Under the pieces are notes generated by a model that saw nothing but the letters and a program-made list of their open reading frames with translations, was not told where the DNA came from and did no database searches. A DNA stretch of 32,000 nt from contig NC_018655.1 in the NCBI RefSeq assembly GCF_000299365.1, forward strand, positions 630,001 through 662,000. Reading direction: 5' to 3'. Positions within the stretch are counted from its first letter, which is position 1, and every line of letters begins with the position of its first letter. The stretch is from Candidatus Nitrosopumilus koreensis AR1 (lineage in GTDB: Archaea > Thermoproteota > Nitrososphaeria > Nitrososphaerales > Nitrosopumilaceae). This document shows, piece by piece, positions 18,616-28,010 of the stretch. Made by a program: the position numbers and the translations under genes.

Positions 18616-18653
18616 CTTATTTTCTGTGTTTAATTGGGATTAAAAAGTTTGAA

Positions 18654-18947
18654 TCACTCTGCAGGTTTCTTTTCTGTTCTTTTTGCACTGCCTTTTCTGC
18701 GCCTTGCTCCAAAACTTATCAAAACCAACAAGAATCCTACGCCAATTAGCAATCCATACAGTAACTGTAATGCCTGATTCTCGTCTTCAGCTACCATCAA
18801 GTCAATAATCTCTTCTTCCGTCATTCCAGCTTGTCCTGTAGGTGGCTCACCTGTTGTCAATCCTATTATGATTCCTGCAGCAATCATGACAATGCCTCCT
18901 GCAAAAATTTTCTTGTCAATTAGTACCAATTTGACATTGTTTTGCAT
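18654..18947 (-). CDS. Small membrane protein, 97 aa
   Basis: Two predicted TM helices, basic C-terminus. Confidence 0.6.
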   Translation of the reverse strand: MQNNVKLVLIDKKIFAGGIVMIAAGIIIGLTTGEPPTGQAGMTEEEIIDLMVAEDENQALQLLYGLLIGVGFLLVLISFGARRRKGSAKRTEKKPAE

Positions 18948-18997
18948 CTATCGTATATTAGGAAATTGGTTTTTGTTTTTATTTGAAATAGTTTGAT

Positions 18998-19288
18998 CTA
19001 AAATCCTTCTGGTGGCTTTTGTACAAATACGTTGCAGACAAGTGCATCTGTTTTTTTGTCTCTGTATTGAACATTGCATGAAACAAATTTTCCTTTCAGT
19101 GCTCTTTCTAAATCCTCTTTTGTCTTTTCTTCGTATTGTGGTTGTTGTGGATCGTCAATCTTGCTCATGATTATTTTTTCTGTCTTGCCATACTCCTCTT
19201 TGTTGTCTTTTCTGACATGACTTACAAGCAACTCAAATGCGTTGTTAGTCAAAATTCCCACAACCGGACCGCCTATTCCGTCACCCAT
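18998..19288 (-). CDS. Conserved hypothetical protein, 96 aa
   Basis: Intact ORF; coherent composition. Confidence 0.5.
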   Translation of the reverse strand: MGDGIGGPVVGILTNNAFELLVSHVRKDNKEEYGKTEKIIMSKIDDPQQPQYEEKTKEDLERALKGKFVSCNVQYRDKKTDALVCNVFVQKPPEGF

Positions 19289-19544
19289 TGATTCTAAATT
19301 TTTTTTGTTCTATAATTACTTGATGAACTGTTCCCTCTCTGTTTTATATACTGAAATTCGTTTAGTTTTTCATTTTAGAAATGTTGTTTGGCAATCTCCA
19401 GTTCAACGTCTGTCAAACAAAATTTCAGGTAGTGGTCATTTGTAATCATTCACAAGACAATATCAAAAATCAATCAAACAGGCATTAAATTTTTTAAAAA
19501 ATCAAAATTATGATAGTCTAATCTAAAAAAATAAAAAAATGGGT

Positions 19545-20303
19545 TTAGGCTATACAGAGTTCTATTACTCTATGGATAGCTATTGTTCCTGAATTTGTAA
19601 TTGATCCATTACACAAGTTGAGTATGTTTCCCCAGTTGGTGATTGTGTTACTATTAGAAAACAATCCTTCATTTAGAATTGTATCAAAATTCATAACCGG
19701 ACCACTGTTGGTGAATGTGCCTGATGTCATGATGGTGCCGCTGTTGACCAAGTTCAAAGAGTTGGTAAATGTGCCACTACTAATTAGTACGCCATCTATT
19801 CCTACTTTGATAGTACCGGATGTCGTAATTACACCAGTGCTTGTCAATTGACCTTCATTTTTTATAACACCTGTTGGGCCGTTAGTAATTGTTCCAGATG
19901 ATGTTAGTTCACCAAGGTTCTTGAAAGGACCGCTATTTGTTATTGTACCTTTAGTGCTATCAATAACACCATTATTGGTAAATTCACCAGATGTTGTAAT
20001 TACACCGCCACTTGCAATGAGGATTGTTCCATGGTTTACTATAACACCACTACTAGTGACGCTACCAATGCTAAAAGTGGTATCTGCACCGATAACTAGT
20101 TTATCAGTTGGGCCAATCACAAGAGTTCCAACTACACATGTTGAAGTAGCAGAGCTCCATGATCCGCCTATTGCTGGAGCATTACAAGATATTTTATCAT
20201 GGACAGTAGAGACTACTGCTGATGCGTCTTGACCAGTAAAGGCTAAAACAGAAACTAATGCAACTAATACAGGAAGTATTAGAATTTGCTTTGTATTTGT
20301 CAT
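19545..20303 (-). CDS. Secreted low-complexity beta-solenoid-like repeat protein
   Basis: Signal peptide (ILILPVLVALVSVLAFTGQDASA), then degenerate repeats of the type 'GTITNSGPFKNLGELTSSGTITNGPTGVIKNEGQLTSTGVITTSG'. Confidence 0.75.
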   Translation of the reverse strand: MTNTKQILILPVLVALVSVLAFTGQDASAVVSTVHDKISCNAPAIGGSWSSATSTCVVGTLVIGPTDKLVIGADTTFSIGSVTSSGVIVNHGTILIASGGVITTSGEFTNNGVIDSTKGTITNSGPFKNLGELTSSGTITNGPTGVIKNEGQLTSTGVITTSGTIKVGIDGVLISSGTFTNSLNLVNSGTIMTSGTFTNSGPVMNFDTILNEGLFSNSNTITNWGNILNLCNGSITNSGTIAIHRVIELCIA

Positions 20304-20407
20304 TGTATGTTTTATGAAATTTATTGTATTAACTCACGCTGACATGAATGTTGGTTTGATGTACATATTTGATGGTATAGCAGACAAATATGTACGTATA
20401 TTGAATG

Positions 20408-20839
20408 TTAACTAATTTTTGAAATTATTTTTGCAAAGTCTATGCCAGTACTAGTCAGAGAAATATTGATTTTGTTATCCTCAATTACAGACTCAACAAG
20501 ACCCTTTTTCTCCATCCATACAATATGTTTTGCAAGTCGTGCATAGTTTAGTTTGGTATCAAGGGCTAGCTGCGTTTTTCCTTCAGATGGATTTTCTTTC
20601 ATAAATTTTACTATGCGCATAAGAGTTTTCATGCTTGGATCAAAAGTTGGCACAAGAGATTTGGTTTTCAGAATTTCTACTACTTTAGGATTGATGGTTT
20701 TACTCAATATGTGCTCAATTATAATGCAAAACCACTGTTCATAAGTATGCCTCTTCATACAGGCAGGGACTAATTCCCTCTGCGATTTGTTTGGCAATAT
20801 CGCTTGGTTTACCGTCTTAGAATTTGTAATGCAAGACAT
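20408..20839 (-). CDS. Winged-helix transcriptional regulator-like protein, 143 aa
   Basis: EGKTQLALDTKLNYARLAKHIVWMEKKGLVESVIEDNKINISLTSTGIDFAKII. Confidence 0.7.
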   Translation of the reverse strand: MSCITNSKTVNQAILPNKSQRELVPACMKRHTYEQWFCIIIEHILSKTINPKVVEILKTKSLVPTFDPSMKTLMRIVKFMKENPSEGKTQLALDTKLNYARLAKHIVWMEKKGLVESVIEDNKINISLTSTGIDFAKIISKIS

Positions 20840-20977
20840 ACCACTATAACGTAAAATTTCTCAAATGGTATTTGATTACTAGTTACAATCGATTATCTGA
20901 CCTATCTGTTATCTAGTCACTTTTTAGATAAGAATCAATCATTTACTATCCCAAAAGTATCAAAAAGAGTTTAGAAT

Positions 20978-21103
20978 CTAGTCGTCAGATTCTTCAAATT
21001 CTTCGTCTTGTTCATACCCATCTTTTAGTTCTAGTTGATGGTCTTCTTCTTTCATTTCTTCTTGTTCAGCTTTTTTCCATTCTTTTTCTTTGTCTTCAGA
21101 CAT
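20978..21103 (-). CDS. 41-aa highly acidic small protein (not in ORF track)
   Basis: Direct translation: MSEDKEKEWKKAEQEEMKEEDHQLELKDGYEQDEEFEESDD*. Confidence 0.5.
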   Translation of the reverse strand: MSEDKEKEWKKAEQEEMKEEDHQLELKDGYEQDEEFEESDD

Positions 21104-21253
21104 GAATTACAAAATACGTTTCTGGCATATTAACAAATTCTCTATTTTCAGTTTTGAGACTATAAGGATCATTGATTTTCAAAGAATTTACCATTAACCT
21201 AGTTCATTTTTAATAGTACTGATTTTTAGAGGCAATACAAGGAAATTTTGTAC

Positions 21254-22114
21254 TTATTTTGTGGCAATACTTAGCTCAAAGTCTGGAACAAGCCCCTTCT
21301 CTTTTGCCATCTCGAATACTTTTCTTATTGATTCTTCACCTGCATCGCCCATGTTGACTGTGACTTTGTTTACGTACATTTTTACAAATTTTTCAATCAA
21401 ATCCCTTGGCTTTCCTCTAGAGTATTGCATTGCATATTCTAGTGCATCATCCATATTCTCTAATCCGTACTCTATTGAGGCCTGAAGATACTTGTCAAAC
21501 TTGTGGATTGTCTCCATTCCCAAGTCTGTCTTCATTACATTGATTCCAAGTGGAACTGGGAGTCCGTTTGTGGTCTTGTCCCACCATTCCCCTACATCTA
21601 GAATCTTTACGTTTCCTTCTTGCTCATATGATAACTGTGTCTCGTGAATCACAAGCCCTGCATCGACCTTGCCTGACTTTACAGCCTCTGGAATGTCGCT
21701 AAAGTTCATCTCCACATAATCAAACTTTCCAATCATCAGTTGTAATAGCAAAAATGCTGATGTCATCTTTCCTGGAATTGCAATCTTGCATTTTTTTATC
21801 TCATCAATGCTCATCTGTTTTCTTGCAGTGACAATTGGACCGTACCCTATTCCAAAACTTCCGCCACTTCGCAAGATAGTATATCCTGGAATGTATGCAC
21901 ATGCATGAACTGAAACTGCAGTAACGTCTAGCTGTGGATCTGTAGCTTTGCGGTTTAGTTTCTCAATGTCTTCAATTACGTGATTTACTTTAAAGTCTGG
22001 TGATGGAACTTTTCCTGTAAACATACCATAAAACATGAATGCATCATCAGAATCAGGAGTATGTCCCACTGAAATTTCCATAATCCGTTCAGATACAGTC
22101 GTAATAAAAATCAA
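21254..22114 (-). CDS. mqnD: 1,4-dihydroxy-6-naphthoate synthase-like (MqnD)
   Basis: ISVGHTPDSDDAFMFYGMFTGKV...LDVTAVSVHACAYIPGYTILRSGGSFGIGYGPIV...AGLVIHETQLSYEQEG...GLPVPLGINV. Likely real start is MEISVGHTPD downstream of the annotated start. Confidence 0.85.
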   Translation of the reverse strand: MIFITTVSERIMEISVGHTPDSDDAFMFYGMFTGKVPSPDFKVNHVIEDIEKLNRKATDPQLDVTAVSVHACAYIPGYTILRSGGSFGIGYGPIVTARKQMSIDEIKKCKIAIPGKMTSAFLLLQLMIGKFDYVEMNFSDIPEAVKSGKVDAGLVIHETQLSYEQEGNVKILDVGEWWDKTTNGLPVPLGINVMKTDLGMETIHKFDKYLQASIEYGLENMDDALEYAMQYSRGKPRDLIEKFVKMYVNKVTVNMGDAGEESIRKVFEMAKEKGLVPDFELSIATK

Positions 22115-22164
22115 AACCTGTTGCAGAGAGATTTTCTAATATATGCCAAAAATTATTTTCTTTT

Positions 22165-23070
22165 ATGAATACAATTGATGCATTTGAAAAGGACATATTC
22201 TCTCAAGTTGATTTTCTAAAATCATTTCAAAAACAAAAACCAATCTCACAATCTCTTCAAAAAAACACAATCTTTTCTGGAAGCGGTGATTCATTGGTAT
22301 CTGCAATGCTTGCTGAATCTTTTTCTGGTGGAGTGGTAAGAGCAATTGATCCTTTGGATTTGTACAAAAACAAACTTCTTGTAAAATCAAAAAACGTCTA
22401 TTTTGTCTCTATTTCTGGAAATACCATTACTAACGTTAAAACTGCAAAGATTGCACACAAATCAACTGCAATTACTGCCAAAAACAACAGCAGATTATCA
22501 AAATCTGCAGATAATACCATCTTGCTTTGCGCGCCTACCTCTGATGTATTTACTGCAGGAAGTATCACGTTTTTAGAAAGCGCACTTACTTGCATCTCTT
22601 TGGTAAAATCAATACGTCTTCCAAATGTGTCTAAGATATTTTCAAAAGCGAATATTGACTCTAAAAAAATCAAGGTATCAAAAAGAATCTATGTCTTGGG
22701 AAATCTATTCACATTTCCTCTTGCAATGTTTTGTGCAGCAAAGTTCTATGAGGTGATGGGTTATGATGTCCACTATTGCAGAATTGAGCAATTCTCTCAC
22801 ATGGAGTTGTTTTCAGCAAAGAAAGGCGACACTGTAATTATCTTTGAGCAAAAAAATGCACACAACTGTAATCTGGCAAAAAACCTCAAAAAAATTGGCA
22901 TGCATGTGGTTCATCCAGACATACCATCTGACAAACTAGCTCAGATGCTGTACTGCACATTTTTCTCAGAACTGATTGCGCTAAATGAGGCAAAGAAGAA
23001 ACGAAAAAAAGATTGCCACTTTGTCACTGCAAAAAATATTCGAAATGTTAGCAACCAAATGATTTACTGA
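22165..23070 (+). CDS. SIS-domain sugar-phosphate isomerase-like protein
   Basis: FSGSGDSLVSAMLAESFSGG, VYFVSISGNTITNVKTAKIA, ITAKNNSRLSKSADNTILL. Confidence 0.7.
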   Translation: MNTIDAFEKDIFSQVDFLKSFQKQKPISQSLQKNTIFSGSGDSLVSAMLAESFSGGVVRAIDPLDLYKNKLLVKSKNVYFVSISGNTITNVKTAKIAHKSTAITAKNNSRLSKSADNTILLCAPTSDVFTAGSITFLESALTCISLVKSIRLPNVSKIFSKANIDSKKIKVSKRIYVLGNLFTFPLAMFCAAKFYEVMGYDVHYCRIEQFSHMELFSAKKGDTVIIFEQKNAHNCNLAKNLKKIGMHVVHPDIPSDKLAQMLYCTFFSELIALNEAKKKRKKDCHFVTAKNIRNVSNQMIY

Positions 23071-23119
23071 TCTTTTTTACAAGGAACGTTTAATAGCTGA
23101 ATCTTAGGGTTTTGGGAAT

Positions 23120-25312
23120 ATGGTAAAATTCAAGTCAACCAGTGAGGTCCTGAAAATTATCAAAAACAAGGATCAGATCCGAAACTTTGGTGTTATTGCT
23201 CACGTTGACCACGGAAAGACTACCATGAGTGACAGTCTCTTGGCTTACTCTGGAATTATCGCTCCATCAGCTGCTGGAAAGGCACTTGCAATGGACTTTG
23301 ATAAAGAAGAGCAACAAAGAGGAATTACAATTTATCAGGCAAACGTTACTTTGCTGTTTTCACAGAAAGGAAAAGAATATGTCATTAACATGATTGATAC
23401 CCCTGGACACGTAGACTTTAGTGGAAGGGTAATTCGTAGCCTTAGGGCAATTGATGGTGCAGTGGTTGTATGTGATGCTGTTGAGGGTATAATGACTCAG
23501 ACTGAAACTGTAACTAGAATGGCACTAGAGGAGAGGGTAAAACCTGTATTGTTTATCAACAAAGTAGACAGACTCATCAAGGAACTGCGATTGACTCCTG
23601 AAAAGATGCAGGCACAATTAGCAGAAGTCGTTTCAAACTTTAATCAATTAATTGACACATATGCAGAACCTGAATACAAAGAAAAGTGGAAGGTATCAAT
23701 TCAGGATGCAAGTGTCACATTTGGTTCTGCAAAGGACAGATGGGCAATTAACATAGATTTGATGAAAGAAAGAGGAATCACATTCAAAGATGTCATTGAT
23801 GCATATACAAATGAAAAAGTAGAAGAACTAGTAGAGAAAGCACCACTAGCTGATGCAGTTCTTGGAATGGTTGTAAAGCATCATCCTGCTCCACACGAGG
23901 CAGTCCAGTACAGAATTCCACAAATCTGGAAAGGTGATTTGGAGTCTGATGTTGGCAAAGCACTACTTGCATGCGATGATACTGGTCCGACAATTATGAT
24001 GATTGTAAACATGGTCTTAGATCCTGCAGCAGGTCCTGTTGCAATTGGAAGACTGTTCTCTGGAACAATCAAAGACGGACAAACTATCAACATTATAGAT
24101 GAAAAACGTGAAGGAAGAGTTCAGTCTGTAAACTTTTTCATGGGAAACCAAAGAGAGCAAGTTGGTGAGCTTGGCGCTGGAAACATTCCTGCATTATTAG
24201 GATTAACTGAAGCTAGAGCAGGAAACACATTATCATCTGTTAAGGGAATTCAAATGTTTGAAGGTGTAAAGTATGTCTCTGAACCTGTTGTTCAAGTTGC
24301 AATCGAGCCAAAACATCCTAAAGATTTACCTAAACTAGTCGAAGTTCTAAAACAACTAACAATTGAGGATCCTAACCTTATCGTAAAGATTGATGAGGAG
24401 AGCGGTGAGACAATTGTTGCAGGAATGGGTGTGTTACACCTTGATGTTGCCACTCACCGTATCCAGGATGCCAAAGTCGAGATTGTTACATCTGAACCTC
24501 TGATTAACTACAGAGAGACAGTAAAGTCTGCATGTGAGCCAATCATGGCAAAATCTCCAAACAGACACAACAAGATCTTCATGAAAGTCGAGCCACTAGA
24601 GCCTGCAATTGCAAACATGTTAAGAACAGGCGAAATCAGCGACATGAAAGACAAAAAAGTTGTTGCTGACTTGCTAAAGGGCGCTGGATGGGATACTGAT
24701 ACAATTAAGAGAGTGATGAAGTTTGATTCTCGCGGCAATGTCTTGATTAACGGAACAAAAGGTGTTCAATTTGTACAAGAGTCAACTGACTCTATTAACT
24801 CTGGATTTGAAGAAGTAATGAAAGAAGGACCTCTCTGCAGAGAGCAGATGAGGGATTGTAAATTCACGTTTACTCACTTTGTACCTCACGAGGACACTGC
24901 ACACAGGGGTTTGTCTCAACTGGGACCAGCTTCTCGTCGTGCATGCATGGGTGCATTGCTTACTGCAGGAACTGCAGTGCTAGAGCCAACTCTGGCAATT
25001 GAGGTTCGTGTGCCAACTGACTTGGTTGGAAACGTCGCCACTGTTCTTTCTGGAAAACGTGGCAAGGTCTTGGACATGTCACAAAAAGGCGCATCAAGTA
25101 TCGTTACAGGTGAGATTCCAGCCTCTGAGACATTTACATTGTCTGAAGAGATGAGAGGCCAGACTGCAGGACGTGCTACATGGAATACTTCCTTTAAGGC
25201 ATGGACTGAGGTTCCAAAATCAATGCTTGCAACAGCTGTTGCTGATATCAGAAAGAGAAAGGGACTAGCACCAGATCCTCCAAGAGCAGAAGAGTTTATT
25301 GATAAAGAGTAA
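23120..25312 (+). CDS. Translation elongation factor 2 (aEF-2)
   Basis: GVIAHVDHGKTTMSDSLL, RGITIYQANVTL, DTPGHVDFSGRV, NKVDRL, and C-terminal GQTAGRATWNTSFKAWTEVP...IRKRKGLAPDPPRAEEFIDKE. The gene appears complete. Confidence 0.97.
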   Translation: MVKFKSTSEVLKIIKNKDQIRNFGVIAHVDHGKTTMSDSLLAYSGIIAPSAAGKALAMDFDKEEQQRGITIYQANVTLLFSQKGKEYVINMIDTPGHVDFSGRVIRSLRAIDGAVVVCDAVEGIMTQTETVTRMALEERVKPVLFINKVDRLIKELRLTPEKMQAQLAEVVSNFNQLIDTYAEPEYKEKWKVSIQDASVTFGSAKDRWAINIDLMKERGITFKDVIDAYTNEKVEELVEKAPLADAVLGMVVKHHPAPHEAVQYRIPQIWKGDLESDVGKALLACDDTGPTIMMIVNMVLDPAAGPVAIGRLFSGTIKDGQTINIIDEKREGRVQSVNFFMGNQREQVGELGAGNIPALLGLTEARAGNTLSSVKGIQMFEGVKYVSEPVVQVAIEPKHPKDLPKLVEVLKQLTIEDPNLIVKIDEESGETIVAGMGVLHLDVATHRIQDAKVEIVTSEPLINYRETVKSACEPIMAKSPNRHNKIFMKVEPLEPAIANMLRTGEISDMKDKKVVADLLKGAGWDTDTIKRVMKFDSRGNVLINGTKGVQFVQESTDSINSGFEEVMKEGPLCREQMRDCKFTFTHFVPHEDTAHRGLSQLGPASRRACMGALLTAGTAVLEPTLAIEVRVPTDLVGNVATVLSGKRGKVLDMSQKGASSIVTGEIPASETFTLSEEMRGQTAGRATWNTSFKAWTEVPKSMLATAVADIRKRKGLAPDPPRAEEFIDKE

Positions 25313-25434
25313 AAATAGAATCCCCCCATTCCGTTCCTAATTCACTGCTGTTTTTCGTTATGACTAGAGAATGATTTGGATTATGATTTGTTGCAATCTT
25401 TTGAAATACTAGGTATTGAATAATTTTTTATTAA

Positions 25435-25935
25435 ATGAAACCTATTACAATTTTCAGATTTTTTTCACCAATCAGATATATTGAAATTATTGCAGTTCTT
25501 TCTGCTTTTCAAATTTTAGATATTGCTTGGCAATCAGACGTTATCATCTTCAATTTTTTCTTTCCGGTAATTATCGGAAGTGCTGCATTTGATGCAGTGT
25601 TTCACAAGGATGGTTTCAAAGCTGGTTTCAAAAGTGCAGGGATAAAATACTATACAGGAATGGGGATCCAATTTGTAGGAAGCGCTGTTTCAGCATTAGC
25701 CAGTTTCAATACAGATCCAGAAAAAATTCCAGTCATTATCATGTATACTGTGCTTCTGTTAGGAATAGGCGGAGCACTAGAAGGATTTCATTTTTTTTCT
25801 GAAAAGAAACTCAAAAACATTGTATTAACACCTGTTCAAAAAATATTGGCATTAATTGGACTTACTCTTCTGATATTTTTCTTTGGGCTTTACACAGTTC
25901 TTGAATTAGTTCCACGCACACCATGGTTTAATTGA
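25435..25935 (+). CDS. Membrane protein, 166 aa (casposon cargo or leftmost gene)
   Basis: Four or five predicted TM helices (e.g. ILALIGLTLLIFFFGLYTVLELV). Confidence 0.65.
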   Translation: MKPITIFRFFSPIRYIEIIAVLSAFQILDIAWQSDVIIFNFFFPVIIGSAAFDAVFHKDGFKAGFKSAGIKYYTGMGIQFVGSAVSALASFNTDPEKIPVIIMYTVLLLGIGGALEGFHFFSEKKLKNIVLTPVQKILALIGLTLLIFFFGLYTVLELVPRTPWFN

Positions 25936-25942
25936 TTATGTT

Positions 25943-26986
25943 TTGACACTCAAAAATCAGAAAAACCACTACAATGTAAAATTCCTTAAAGGCTACGGTC
26001 ACTCTATCTCGGTAAAAGATTCCAAAATAATTCTAAAGTCAAACCACGACCCATTTTCTCCACCAGAACAAGAAGAATGGTTTGTCAAAAACATGCCATA
26101 TGAGAAAATAGTTCTTTCAGGCAAAGGATATGTCTCAACTGAAGCATTATCATTACTTTCAGAGAACAATCGCAATGTCATTTTGTTAGACAATCACGGA
26201 AAGCCTGTTACATTCTGCAATGGCATGATGGATTCTCTCACTGCCACAAAATACAGAATGGCACAATATGATACATTCCGAAATCCTGAGAAATGTGAGT
26301 ATCTGCGTAAGCAGATTATATCTGCAAAGAAAGAATCTCAACTAAAGTTATTACGATTAATTGGAAGTGAAATTTCAGAACTTCCAGATTCAGAACACAT
26401 TTCAGCCAAAGTCTATTGGACAGAATTTGCAAAATTTATCCCTGAAAAATATCAATTTCATTCCAGAAACCAATCTCACATCACATCATCAAAAAATAAC
26501 GCAACTGACATCATCAATGCTCTGCTAAACTACGGATATTCTGTACTTGCAGGAGAAATTTCCAAGTTTGTATGTGGATTTGGTCTTGACCCGTACCTTG
26601 GATTCATGCATCGTTCTCATACAGGATTTCAGCCATTGGTGTATGATATCATAGAACCGTTCCGATGGTTAGTGGATTATACTGTTTATTCCATGGCAAA
26701 TCATAGTTCCACAAGACAGAGAATTAAACTCAAAGAGTATAGTTTTACAAAAGATGGAACTGTAGTTTTGGAATATTCTTTGATCAAGAGATTTTTGGAG
26801 ATGTTAGAAAGACAGTTTTCTCAAGAGAGAAAGTATTCGTTTAGACATGGAAAGAAGACAAAGGATGGTTTGAAATCCGTTCAAGAAATTACTGTTGTAA
26901 AGATTATAATTCAAAATTTAGTAGAATACAGTACAGGAAAACAAAAAAGTTTAGAATCTAATAATTTTGCTTTTTTCGATTTCTAA
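25943..26986 (+). CDS. cas1: Cas1-family integrase (casposase candidate)
   Basis: FLKGYGHSISVKDSKIILKS; DIINALLNYGYSVLAGEISKFVCGFGLDPYLGFMHRSHTGFQPLVYDIIEPFRWLVD: conserved Cas1 core with E/H/E catalytic positions. Start codon is TTG. Confidence 0.93.
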   Translation: MTLKNQKNHYNVKFLKGYGHSISVKDSKIILKSNHDPFSPPEQEEWFVKNMPYEKIVLSGKGYVSTEALSLLSENNRNVILLDNHGKPVTFCNGMMDSLTATKYRMAQYDTFRNPEKCEYLRKQIISAKKESQLKLLRLIGSEISELPDSEHISAKVYWTEFAKFIPEKYQFHSRNQSHITSSKNNATDIINALLNYGYSVLAGEISKFVCGFGLDPYLGFMHRSHTGFQPLVYDIIEPFRWLVDYTVYSMANHSSTRQRIKLKEYSFTKDGTVVLEYSLIKRFLEMLERQFSQERKYSFRHGKKTKDGLKSVQEITVVKIIIQNLVEYSTGKQKSLESNNFAFFDF

Positions 26987-27359
26987 ACAATGGAAAAATA
27001 ATGACAATTACAGAAATTATTGCAAATACTATTCCATATGGAAATGGAAAAATCATTTGAAATCCAAAAAATGCTATTATGCTAGCAATGATTGCAAGTA
27101 CACGGTTTGTTGTAGTTTGTGAGGAATTTTTCATGACAGCACCGGCAATTGTTAATCCAAGACCTACAACTACAATAACTGCAGAAATGGTTTGTATCTG
27201 ATAAACTGTTTGACATCCACTGCTTATGTTTGTGGAAATTACCTGACCAAACTGTCCCACAAATGAGCCACAATTAGAAACATCAGGTTGAATCGTAAAA
27301 TACACAAAAACTCCAATAACCATCAAAATAATACCAATAATCAGAATTGGGGTGTTCAT
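26958..27359 (-). CDS. Membrane protein, 133 aa
   Basis: About four hydrophobic helices; 3' end overlaps the cas1 3' end by 29 nt (convergent). Preceded by the shared promoter element. Confidence 0.65.
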   Translation of the reverse strand: MNTPILIIGIILMVIGVFVYFTIQPDVSNCGSFVGQFGQVISTNISSGCQTVYQIQTISAVIVVVGLGLTIAGAVMKNSSQTTTNRVLAIIASIIAFFGFQMIFPFPYGIVFAIISVIVIIFPLFRNRKKQNY

Positions 27360-27375
27360 AAAAATTAGAATATTA

Positions 27376-27389
27376 GTATGAACTTAAGC
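27376..27389 (-). promoter_or_regulatory. Shared promoter element, copy 1
   Basis: Plus-strand GTATGAACTTAAGC, i.e. minus-strand GCTTAAGTTCATAC, ending 16 nt before the start codon of 26958..27359. Confidence 0.6.
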
Positions 27390-27402
27390 GTTTAGAAATA
27401 AT

Positions 27403-27597
27403 CTAATATTGTCTATATTTCTGAAAAGATCCTTTTCTTTTACAGTTGGCACATTTTGCATTCTTTGACCAGCCCTCAACTGACCAACCATGACCAATTC
27501 TAACTGTGATTACTCTGTCACAGTTTGTGCAGATTACTTTTACCTGATAGGATTTCTTTGGGTCAGGTTCTCCTTTTAACCACTCTTTGAGCCCCAC
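27403..27597 (-). CDS. Small zinc-ribbon protein, 64 aa
   Basis: YQVKVICTNCDRVITVRIGHGWSVEGWSKNAKCANCKRKGSF: two CxxC pairs. Confidence 0.7.
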   Translation of the reverse strand: MGLKEWLKGEPDPKKSYQVKVICTNCDRVITVRIGHGWSVEGWSKNAKCANCKRKGSFQKYRQY

Positions 27598-27613
27598 AAT
27601 AGAATTTCATTGT

Positions 27614-27633
27614 GTATGAACTTAAGCATATTG
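27614..27633 (-). promoter_or_regulatory. Shared promoter element, copy 2
   Basis: Plus-strand GTATGAACTTAAGCATATTG, 16 nt upstream of the start codon of 27403..27597. Confidence 0.65.
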
Positions 27634-27643
27634 AAGTTTACAC

Positions 27644-27940
27644 TTAGGGGAAAATCTTATTCAATTCTGGGCTTTCCTCAATCTGTTTTTCTAGATTCAC
27701 ACACATATCACGATTAAAATCAGGATATTTCCAACAAAACTCTCTTGCCTCTTGGATGTATTCTAGTTCGCATTTGATCCATTCATCTCCTGATGCTCGC
27801 AAAATTTGGCATTCAGTATGACCAGTAGATAGTCTCTCTGCCCATTGTTGTTTTTGATATTCCTCATTGGCAATATATGCAATAATTGCAATTAGAAGTA
27901 TTCCTCCAACAACCCCAAGAATAACTTGAATTCGATTCAC
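27644..27940 (-). CDS. Signal/TM-anchored small protein, 98 aa, three to four Cys
   Basis: N-terminal TM (VILGVVGGILLIAIIAYIA) and an extracytoplasmic Cys-containing domain. Confidence 0.65.
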   Translation of the reverse strand: MNRIQVILGVVGGILLIAIIAYIANEEYQKQQWAERLSTGHTECQILRASGDEWIKCELEYIQEAREFCWKYPDFNRDMCVNLEKQIEESPELNKIFP

Positions 27941-27955
27941 AATCTCATTTGTTTA

Positions 27956-27975
27956 GTATGAACTTAAGCATATTG
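27956..27975 (-). promoter_or_regulatory. Shared promoter element, copy 3
   Basis: Plus-strand GTATGAACTTAAGCATATTG, identical over 20 nt to copy 2, 15 nt upstream of the 27644..27940 start codon and between divergent genes. Confidence 0.65.
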
Positions 27976-28010
27976 GCAAAGGAAATAAACTGGCAATCTA
28001 TGATCATATT

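Noticed and set aside
19618-20232. Plus-strand ORFs rich in Val/Pro/Thr opposite the repeat protein
   Set aside because: They mirror the low-complexity repeat on the other strand, and the minus-strand ORF has a signal peptide.
25313-27000. CRISPR-Cas adaptation locus because of Cas1
   Set aside because: No cas2, no effector genes and no regularly spaced direct repeats on either side; the PolB partner and aEF-2 site fit a casposon better.
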